Origin: Verrucomicrobiota bacterium
Lineage (GTDB): Bacteria; Verrucomicrobiota; Verrucomicrobiia; Limisphaerales; UBA8199
Assembly (NCBI GenBank): GCA_035358715.1
Contig: DAOPPX010000009.1
Span: forward strand, 629-64,628
Length of the DNA: 64,000 bases
Direction: 5' to 3'
Part shown: in pieces, positions 29,152 to 36,127 of the stretch
Position numbering within the stretch: the stretch's first letter is position 1
Layout of the letters: each line of letters starts with the position of its first letter
Made by a program: the position numbers and the translations under genes
Notes under the pieces: model-generated
What the model was told of the DNA's origin: nothing
Database searches by the model: none
The model's input: the letters and a program-made list of their open reading frames with translations, nothing else

Positions 29152-30126
29152 ATGGCCGCAAAGCCGCCTTCCGCACCCGCCACACCGGGCGACCTCGAGT
29201 CCCCCGGGCAGTGGCCAGGCCGGCTGACGGAGAGCGGCTCGCCTTTCAGCGGCGTCACCGCCAGGAGCCCGAAGGCCGACCTGGAAGCGTTCTTCGCCTC
29301 GCCCGCGATCCGCGAGCTTGCGCTGCAGGTCTGCGATATTGGCCGCCGGATGTGGCAGCGGGCTTACGTGGACGGCAACGGCGGCAACCTCGCCATCCGG
29401 GTGGGCGAGGACCTTGCCCTTTGCACGCCCACGCTGATTTCCAAGGGGTTCATGAAGCCGGAGGACCTGTGCCTGGTGGACCTGGAGGGAAACCAACTGG
29501 CGGGAGCAAGAAAGCGCACGAGTGAAATCCTCATGCACCTCCAACTCATGCAGCGCCAGCGGCGCGCGGTCGCCTCGGTGCATTGTCACCCGCCTTACAG
29601 CACCGGGTTTGCCGTCGCGGGGGTCGAGCCGCCCACCTGCCTGACCTCGGAATTTGAGCTCACGGTCTCGCTGGCCACCGCGCCGTATTGCACCCCGGGC
29701 ACCCCGGAACTGGGCCGGCTCGTCGCCGAACTGGTGGACCAGCACAACACCATTCTGATGGCCAATCACGGCGTGGTCGCCTGGAGCCACCGGAATGTCG
29801 AGGACGCCTATTTCAAGATTGAAACCCTCGAGGCCTACTGCCACACGGTGCTGATCGCCTCGCAACTGGGGAAACCGCTCAAGCGGATAACCCCGGCCCA
29901 ACTCCAGGAATTGCTCAAGCTCAAGCAGCGCCAGGGCATTCCCGACCCGCGCTACGGCCTCGAGCGATGCGAACGGTGCAACAGCGCCGAATGGCGTCCG
30001 GGCGTGACCTGTGCCGCCGCCCATTGCGCTGCCTCGCCGCCGGCCAGCCCCGTCCGCGGCCGCGAGCTCGACGAGGCGCTGGTTCAGGCGGTCGCCGACC
30101 AGATCAGGGCGAGGACCATGATCTGA
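29152..30126 (+). CDS. Class II aldolase/adducin-family protein (fuculose/rhamnulose-phosphate-aldolase-like) with extended C-terminus
   Basis: 'YVDGNGGNLAIRV', 'SEILMHLQL', 'ASVHCHPPYSTGFA' and 'ILMANHGVVAW' are class II aldolase metal/His motifs. About 85 extra residues follow the core. The gene's last 23 nt overlap the convergent gene. Confidence 0.8.
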   Translation: MAAKPPSAPATPGDLESPGQWPGRLTESGSPFSGVTARSPKADLEAFFASPAIRELALQVCDIGRRMWQRAYVDGNGGNLAIRVGEDLALCTPTLISKGFMKPEDLCLVDLEGNQLAGARKRTSEILMHLQLMQRQRRAVASVHCHPPYSTGFAVAGVEPPTCLTSEFELTVSLATAPYCTPGTPELGRLVAELVDQHNTILMANHGVVAWSHRNVEDAYFKIETLEAYCHTVLIASQLGKPLKRITPAQLQELLKLKQRQGIPDPRYGLERCERCNSAEWRPGVTCAAAHCAASPPASPVRGRELDEALVQAVADQIRARTMI

Positions 30127-32137
30127 TCAAGCCGAAGAAGGTGTAGGGATCCACCACCACCACTGGCGCGCTGGGATGCTTCTCGCGCAGGAGCCGGGAT
30201 ACCTCCACATGCCACGCCGGCGGTTTCAGGATCGTCCGCGCCCACAGGAAGCACGGTCCATTCGTCGCGGCGGCTGACTGACTTGCCATGTAGGCGGCGG
30301 TGGCTTCCGCTGAGTCGGGCATGTCCCACTCCCGGATCGTCGGCACGCCGGCGATGACCCGCGGGGCCAGGTCGAAGTGATTGCCGCAGCCGTCGGGGCT
30401 GAAGCGTTTGTAGGCCGCGAACTCCTCCTCCGTCGAAGCCCCGGCGGACCCGTCCAGCATGAAGCCGGTGATGCTCATGTCCCATCGCTGGTAGTAGCGT
30501 GTGCAATGCGCCGTCCAGAGTTCGAGTGCGGGCGGCAGCTTGGAATCGGGCCGGTGCGTCAAGGCGCGCGGATTCAGGTAGCCCGCGCCCGAATCGCCCG
30601 CGATGAAGAAGTCGTTGGTGGTCGCGTGGCGATAGGCATAGACCAGCGCCTGAGGCGAGCGGTCGGCCAGGTTCGGATCGAAGGCCCAGCCCAGCGGCAC
30701 CCGGCCCCGCTGCGGGTCGGAGAAGAACGCCGCCACCGCCTTGTAGAGCCACGAGGGCGAGTCGTAGTCGCCGACGTAATAGCCCACGTAGAGCCTGGGC
30801 GCCACCTTGCCTTCGGCTGTCAGGTAGCCGGCCTTCCGCCAGTCCGGGGCGGCCGGTTTCGCATTGGGCTGCGGATAACGGTCCTTAAGGGGGTAGTGCG
30901 TGCAGAAAGAGGCATTGGCGATACAACCGGCGCCGATAGCGTCCGCTTCCATATAGCCATTGTATTGGGAGATCACCCGCGCGAACTCCCATTCCGTCGG
31001 CACACCGCCGTGCTTCCCGCCCGCACCGGGATGGTCGGTGTACTTAAAGGCCCACGGCGTAAAGCCGCCCACCTTGATCATGCTCTTCGGTGCCTTGCGG
31101 TTCAGCGCGGCCAGCATTTGCAGGAAGGTTGCCCGGTCCAGGCCGAGGCTCTGGCCCGGGTCATCCACCGGCGTTTCGTCCCCCCATGTCGCGAGGTCGA
31201 AGAAGAACGCCCGGCGCGCGATGAAGTAATCGTGGTTGGGCAGCGTGTGCAAGTCCGACTGGCTCCCCCGGGCGCACTTCATCCAATAGGAATCAATGTA
31301 ATAGGCCGCAAAGCGCGGATCGCACTTGCCGGAGTCTATGTACTGCCGCATGGCCCACTGGTAGGCGTCAATCTTGGCGCTGCCGGACGAAGGCGAGTTC
31401 AGATCGGGGATCTGCCCTTTGCCAGTGAACCTGGGAGTGCCGTCCCGATTCAGCAGCCAGAGCCGGACCGGCAGGCCCAGCTTTCGGGTCAGCAGGGTGA
31501 ACATCGAGTTGGTGGCTGGGCTGAACCTCACCGGCAAGAGGTCGTCGCACCCGGCGGCTGTGGAAGCGAGACAGGAGGTCGCGGGGACTGCCGGATCATA
31601 GACCGCCAGCCCCTTGAAGTCTTTCCGGAACGCGCGCACCACCTCCTCGACTGAGCTGAGAGTGACCACCTCGGCCTTCTTGAGCCAGCCGTCCTCGCCG
31701 CGCAGCCAGTCCAGCCAGAACTGGTCCGTCTCGACTCCAAACCCGGCGCAGTATAGCACGTAGAGCCGCGGCTTGTCGCGGTTCGCCAGCCCCTGCGCCG
31801 CGGCCAGCACATGCATGGTGTCCCAGAGTTGCGCAACCTGGTTGGTGTCGCGCAGGTCGAGCTTCCGAAGCGCCCGCGCATCGAAGACGTGGATCCTGCG
31901 CGGCCCGGTTTCCTCCCTCGCGGCGGTGGCCGGAGCGGCGCACACCGCGGCTGCCGCGAACACAACTGAAGCAAGGATGCACAGAGTTACAAGCAATCGC
32001 ACACGGCATTGAACGCCGCAAGGACGGCAGGGTTCAATCCAAAACAACCACAACCTCCCGGATGGAAAAGCCCACCGCCAGCACGTGAACCCATGGCAGG
32101 AGGGCCGGGAGCTTGCTCCGTGGCGGCTGGACGCCAA
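30104..32137 (-). CDS. Secreted GxGYxYP-family-like putative glycoside hydrolase
   Basis: Hydrophobic leader 'LVTLCILASVVFAAAAVCAAPATAA'. 'FIAGDSGAGYLNP' resembles the family-defining GxGYxYP motif. The family assignment is from memory of that motif only. The start codon is uncertain. Confidence 0.5.
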   Translation of the reverse strand: MASSRHGASSRPSCHGFTCWRWAFPSGRLWLFWIEPCRPCGVQCRVRLLVTLCILASVVFAAAAVCAAPATAAREETGPRRIHVFDARALRKLDLRDTNQVAQLWDTMHVLAAAQGLANRDKPRLYVLYCAGFGVETDQFWLDWLRGEDGWLKKAEVVTLSSVEEVVRAFRKDFKGLAVYDPAVPATSCLASTAAGCDDLLPVRFSPATNSMFTLLTRKLGLPVRLWLLNRDGTPRFTGKGQIPDLNSPSSGSAKIDAYQWAMRQYIDSGKCDPRFAAYYIDSYWMKCARGSQSDLHTLPNHDYFIARRAFFFDLATWGDETPVDDPGQSLGLDRATFLQMLAALNRKAPKSMIKVGGFTPWAFKYTDHPGAGGKHGGVPTEWEFARVISQYNGYMEADAIGAGCIANASFCTHYPLKDRYPQPNAKPAAPDWRKAGYLTAEGKVAPRLYVGYYVGDYDSPSWLYKAVAAFFSDPQRGRVPLGWAFDPNLADRSPQALVYAYRHATTNDFFIAGDSGAGYLNPRALTHRPDSKLPPALELWTAHCTRYYQRWDMSITGFMLDGSAGASTEEEFAAYKRFSPDGCGNHFDLAPRVIAGVPTIREWDMPDSAEATAAYMASQSAAATNGPCFLWARTILKPPAWHVEVSRLLREKHPSAPVVVVDPYTFFGLIRSWSSP

Positions 32138-32190
32138 GCCAATTCAGGCCGCAACGATGCAGATGTGCGGCCGCCTCCCCCTCACCCCAG

Positions 32191-32211
32191 CCCTCTCCCG
32201 CGGGGAGAGGG
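32191..32211. repeat. Small perfect GC hairpin ccctctccc-gc-ggggagaggg
   Basis: 9-bp arms seen directly, embedded in 'ctcaccccagccctctcccgcggggagagggagc'. Confidence 0.7.
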
Positions 32212-32566
32212 AGCATCATCGCCCGCGCTGGAAGAGGCTCGCCGGTCGGCGTGGTCGAATCGGTTTCACTTCGTTTCTTCGTTAATCATTATAGACGGGT
32301 GATTCACCTCCGGTAGCTTTGCATCCCGTGTTGCCACGGCGCAGTCGCTTCCGGTTGCAGGCGGATGAACGTTCTGGTTGGCGAGGAGACTCTTCCCCCG
32401 CGGTATGTGCACCTTCGCAGACGCACGAGCGCTGGTTGGCAGTTGGCTCTATGTGGCGGCAGCGCCGCCGGCTCCTCTGGCAACGACAGACATCCTAACC
32501 CGGCTACAAGGCGGTCCTCCGCCGCCCCAGCAAGTCTCATTATGACTCTCCCAACGACCCCGCCGG

Positions 32567-32625
32567 GTGAGGGCACCCGGCCTACATCCCGCACGAAACC
32601 GCCATGGTGTAGGCCGGGTGCCCTC
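32567..32625. repeat. Inverted pair of the 20-nt element GTGAGGGCACSCGGCCTACA
   Basis: gagggcacccggcctaca (32569-32586) and its exact reverse complement tgtaggccgggtgccctc (32608-32625), separated by 21 nt. Confidence 0.85.
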
Positions 32626-32745
32626 ATCCGGCGTCACGATCTGGTCCATAAGGCGATTTGCTGCCTCAAGCACTCGCTCCGGCCGCCCCGATTCGCCACA
32701 GCCTGCCCTGTTGCCACCCGCTTACCAGCGCCTTATCCCCCTCTA

Positions 32746-32877
32746 AACCCCTTGTATACCCCCTGTATACCCCTTGTAATCCCCCTGTATTTGAATACAA
32801 GGGGTATACGAGGGGTATACGAGGGGTTTACAGGGGGTATACAAGGGGTTTCGGTGGGGATGGGGCGATGGGGTGGG
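32746..32877. repeat. ~105-bp imperfect palindrome made of 5+5 tandem 11/12-bp units (consensus GGGGTATACRA), continuing into a run of G-tracts
   Basis: Left arm aaacccc ttgtatacc ccctgtatacc ccttgtaatcc ccctgtatt. The dyad is at TG (32791-32792). Right arm aatacaa ggggtatacga ggggtatacga ggggtttacag ggggtatacaa ggggtttcggt, then ggggatggggcgatggggtggg. Confidence 0.85.
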
Positions 32878-33084
32878 TTTGGATTCTCCAGAGTCTAAAG
32901 TCCACCTTGACCCGCAGGCGGTGAGGGGGCAGCATCGCATGGGATTGGTCCCGAACATGCCGGTTGCCGATGAGAAAGGAACGGAGATCTGACGGAAAGA
33001 TGTCGTTGAACTGGCGTAAGCCTGCAAGGATGCCCGCGATGCGCTGTGTTTGTCCTAACCCGGGTATTTCAGGCCCAACGCCGC

Positions 33085-33104
33085 GTGAGGGCACGCGGCC
33101 TACA
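33085..33104. repeat. Third copy of the GTGAGGGCACSCGGCCTACA element
   Basis: gtgagggcacgcggcctaca differs at 1 of 20 positions from the copy at 32567-32586. Confidence 0.8.
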
Positions 33105-33175
33105 GGGTCGTCGGGCGTGTTCGGCTGCAGGCGGCGTGGCCTCACGCGGCGCTCTGTGGCCGTTTCCATCGGAGT

Positions 33176-34615
33176 ATGAGGAATATGCAGGTTAAGCGGC
33201 TGGGCTGGTTGGGACGAGTTTTGGCGGGGTGCGGATGCGTGGCGGCAGTTGCCGCGCAGGGGGCCTTTCACGTGGCGACGTTCGAGGCGGATATCACCAT
33301 CCCTGTCGGCCATGCCTGCATGGGCGGCGGAGTGGCGGACGCCCGGGAGGTCGCGGACCCGCTGTTCGCTAAGGGCTTTGTGATGTTTGGGGCGGGCAAG
33401 CCGGTGGTGGTGGCGGCGTTGGATTGGTGCCAGTGCAATAACGATTCCTATGACCGCTGGCGCGAGGCGCTGGCCGAGGCGGCGGGCACCGTCCCTAAGC
33501 GGGTCATGCTCGCCACGGTGCATCAGCACGACGCGCCGATTTGCGACCTGGCCGCGCAGCGACTCCTGGATCAGCACGGCCTCAAGGGCTGGAACTGCGA
33601 TCCCGAGTTCCATGAGACGGCGGTGCGGCGCGCGGCGGCGGCGTTGAAGGCGGCCCTGAAATCCCGGCGCCGCGTCACTCACTACGGCGTCGGGCAGGCA
33701 AAGGTGGACCAGGTCGCCTCGAACCGGCGCGTGGTGCGGCCGGATGGCCGGATCACCTGGGAGCGCGGCAGCGCGAGCGGAGACATCTTCAACGCGCCGG
33801 AAGGGGAGGTGGACCCGTGGCTCAAGAGCATCAGCCTGTGGGATGGGGAAAGGCCGGTGGTGGTCTGGAGCTGCTACTCGGTGCACCCGATGAGCTATTA
33901 CGGCAAAGGCCAGGTGTCGGCGGACTTCCCCGGCATCGCACGGGCGCGGCGCCAGGCGGATACGCCGGAGGTGTTGCAGATCTATTTCACCGGCTGCGCC
34001 GGCGACACGACGGCGGGCAAGTACAACCGGGGCGAGCGAGAGAACCGGCCGGTGCTGGCCGACCGCCTCTGCCGCGCGATGGAAGAAGCGTGGCGGGCAA
34101 CGCGCCGGATGCCGCTCGAGCGGGTCGAGTTTCGGGTGGCGGAGTTGCGTTTGCCGGCCCGGAGCACGGGCAAGTTCACCCCCGAGGCGATGCGGGCGAC
34201 GCTGGCCAACACCAACGCGGCCCGCTGGCAGCGGATCGAAGCGGCGTTGGGGTTGAGCTGGCGCCAGCGCGTGGACCGGGGACACGCCATTGACGTGCCC
34301 TGCCTGGGTCTGGGGACTGGGGCCGCGCTGTTTACGATTCTGCCCGCCGAGAGCTTTGTCGGGTATCAACTCGCCGCCCAGCAGTTGCGGCCCGAGTCCT
34401 TCGTCATGGTGGCCGGCTTCGGTGACGGCGCGCCGGGGTATATCCCCACGGACCAATGCTGGCGGGATGGTTACGAAGACGATTACTGCTGGGTGCAGCC
34501 GATGACGGAGACTGCCATCTTGGGCGCCGTCCGGGAGGCGTTTGGCGGGGGTGAGGCCCGGACGCCCGCTTTAAGCCCATCCAGCAGGCCGGATTCGGCG
34601 GCGCCGGCGCCATGA
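33176..34615 (+). CDS. Ceramidase N-terminal-domain-like hydrolase (paralog 2 of 3)
   Basis: Signal-like 'LGRVLAGCGCVAAVAAQGA'. 'FEADITIPVGH...VADPLFAKGFVM...VVVAALDWC...VMLATVHQHDAPI' has the same block order as paralogs 1 and 3. Confidence 0.65.
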   Translation: MRNMQVKRLGWLGRVLAGCGCVAAVAAQGAFHVATFEADITIPVGHACMGGGVADAREVADPLFAKGFVMFGAGKPVVVAALDWCQCNNDSYDRWREALAEAAGTVPKRVMLATVHQHDAPICDLAAQRLLDQHGLKGWNCDPEFHETAVRRAAAALKAALKSRRRVTHYGVGQAKVDQVASNRRVVRPDGRITWERGSASGDIFNAPEGEVDPWLKSISLWDGERPVVVWSCYSVHPMSYYGKGQVSADFPGIARARRQADTPEVLQIYFTGCAGDTTAGKYNRGERENRPVLADRLCRAMEEAWRATRRMPLERVEFRVAELRLPARSTGKFTPEAMRATLANTNAARWQRIEAALGLSWRQRVDRGHAIDVPCLGLGTGAALFTILPAESFVGYQLAAQQLRPESFVMVAGFGDGAPGYIPTDQCWRDGYEDDYCWVQPMTETAILGAVREAFGGGEARTPALSPSSRPDSAAPAP

Positions 34616-34706
34616 AGCGCGACGCCCTCAAGCAGGTCTTTGGCCTGAAGGCTGCGCCAGGCTCGGCGCGCTGATTGCACAGTCCTTATCCCCGCCGACC
34701 GCGACT

Positions 34707-34924
34707 TCAGAGCAGACCGACGAACTCTGCTTTGGTCAGGCCCGCTTCGCGGATGAGGGCGCGCAGGGTTCCTTTGGCTAACTCGCGGTGGTTGGGCACC
34801 GTGAGCCGGCGCATTTGCGGATGGCGCAGGATGAAGTGGCTGCGGTTTGATGATCCACCGCGTAGCCCAGCTTCTGAAAGGCGCGGAGGGCATCCTGCCC
34901 GGAGCAAGCTGGCAGGCGGCTCAT
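34707..34924 (-). pseudogene. hicA: hicA (HicA mRNA-interferase toxin) interrupted by a 1-nt frameshift
   Basis: The ATG at 34924 overlaps the hicB stop as ATGA and encodes 'MSRLPACSGQDALRAFQKLGYAVDHQT', a HicA N-terminus. The conserved C-terminus 'SHFILRHPQMRRLTVPNHRELAKGTLRALIREAGL' is in the -1 frame, ending at 34707. The frames switch near 34841-34850. Confidence 0.7.
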
Positions 34925-35133
34925 GCGGGAATCTCGACAATCTCCTCGGTGATGGGAAGCGGCACCGGCTCCCCGTGTTTCTTGAGGCTGGCCAGATACC
35001 CGGTCATAGCGTCCTTGATATTGGCCAAAGCTTCCGATCGCGTTTTACCCTGCGAGATACAGCCTGGTAGTGATGGGCATTCCGCCACAAACACGCCGTC
35101 CTCGTCCGCCTCGACCACCACTCGGTATTTCAT
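34921..35133 (-). CDS. hicB: HicB-family antitoxin (small UPF0150 type)
   Basis: 'MKYRVVVEADEDGVFVAECPSLPGCISQGKTRSEALANIKDAM' is the classic HicB N-terminal fold sequence. 70 aa. Confidence 0.85.
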   Translation of the reverse strand: MKYRVVVEADEDGVFVAECPSLPGCISQGKTRSEALANIKDAMTGYLASLKKHGEPVPLPITEEIVEIPA

Positions 35134-35286
35134 GTCCCCAATCTGGAACTGTTGGCCGGGAAAGTCAAAGACTGCATTGACCCTTCTGCCTTCTGCCTCC
35201 CACTCTCACCCCTTAACCGCCCGGCCAGGACAACTTGGATTCGCCACGCAGTTGCTCTCTGCCGGCCACAACACTATACTTCGTGC

Positions 35287-35427
35287 ATGAGTGCGACCGC
35301 CGAAGCATTATTGGAGCAGTTCCGCAAACTGCCTCCTGTGGAGCAGCAGGAAATCCTGCAAATAACGACATCCCGGTCGGCATCATCGGTATTGGCGCTT
35401 GGGCGGCATGCGGCTGACACCGCATGA
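35287..35427 (+). CDS. Small ORF with an addiction-module-antitoxin-like N-terminus (possible remnant)
   Basis: 'MSATAEALLEQFRKLPPVEQQEILQ' resembles the 'putative addiction module component' helix (...LPxxER/Q...). The remaining 21 aa look unrelated. Its stop overlaps the next start as ATGA. Confidence 0.3.
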   Translation: MSATAEALLEQFRKLPPVEQQEILQITTSRSASSVLALGRHAADTA

Positions 35428-36089
35428 CCTCGCGCTCCACTCTGCCGATCCTGTTGCCCTGTCTGGCGGCGGCGGGTCTTATGATGCTCGCGCTCACCGC
35501 CGCGGCGCACACCTTGCCCATCAGTTACCTGCGGCTGGTCCCGGAGGCCGATTACCTGCACCTGGAATTGGTCTTCAACCCTTTCGAGCTCACCCTGATG
35601 CCGGAGGTGGACGAGAACAAGGATGCCGAGCTGGACCTGGCCGAGCTGGCCGAGCACGGGCAGGTCGTGTCGGAGACCGTGGTTGGCGCGCTCAAGCTCA
35701 GCGCGGGCGGAACGGCGCTGCGGCCGGAGACGGCAGGCATGGACCCGGACCTGAGCGGGCACCACGTCCGCCTGCGCGCGCACTACAAGGTGGACGCGCG
35801 CCGGCTGCCGCTCACCGTCGAATCACACCTGCCCGCCCTCACCAGCCCGTCGCACCTGACACAGGTCACCTACGTGAACGGCACAGAGCGGCAGCTCGCC
35901 CAATTCGATTCGCACTCGAGCCAGGTGACTTTCCAGCCGCCGGCACGGCCCAAGCCCGCCGCCGCGCAGACCATGTCCCGCGGCCGGGCGGCGGCCAGCG
36001 TGGCGCTGCTGGCGCTGGCCGCGTTCCTGCTGGTTATCGCGGGCGCGGCGCTGGGTTGGTGCTTGCGGAGGCGGCGCGCCAGGTGGTAA
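35424..36089 (+). CDS. Hypothetical exported protein with C-terminal TM anchor and poly-Arg tail
   Basis: Signal peptide 'LLPCLAAAGLMMLALTAAA|H'. C-terminal 'VALLALAAFLLVIAGAALGWCLRRRRARW'. No recognised catalytic motif. Confidence 0.55.
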   Translation: MTSRSTLPILLPCLAAAGLMMLALTAAAHTLPISYLRLVPEADYLHLELVFNPFELTLMPEVDENKDAELDLAELAEHGQVVSETVVGALKLSAGGTALRPETAGMDPDLSGHHVRLRAHYKVDARRLPLTVESHLPALTSPSHLTQVTYVNGTERQLAQFDSHSSQVTFQPPARPKPAAAQTMSRGRAAASVALLALAAFLLVIAGAALGWCLRRRRARW

Positions 36090-36127
36090 TCCTGCCCAGC
36101 CGCGCCATTAGCAACTACTACCGAATC

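Noticed and set aside
26710-30024. 1104-codon ORF on the minus strand
   Set aside because: It is antisense to the UvrA-like and aldolase genes, which have unmistakable motifs. Its translation is Arg/Gly/Ala/Pro/His-rich with no motif. This is a typical high-GC shadow ORF.
32746-32877. Possible CRISPR array
   Set aside because: The units are only 11-12 bp, directly abutting with no spacers, and arranged as an inverted repeat. No cas genes are present in the window.
32828-34456. 542-codon minus-strand ORF spanning the repeat region and ceramidase-like paralog 2
   Set aside because: It is antisense to a gene with a signal peptide and family blocks. It begins inside the 11-bp repeat array and is Arg/Pro/His-rich.
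35399-36127. 243-codon N-terminal extension of the GH38-like ORF (ORF-track start 35399)
   Set aside because: It overlaps the better-supported 221-aa gene in another frame and is Gly/Arg/Ala/Pro-rich. A signal-peptide-bearing ATG at 36128 gives a normal secreted enzyme.
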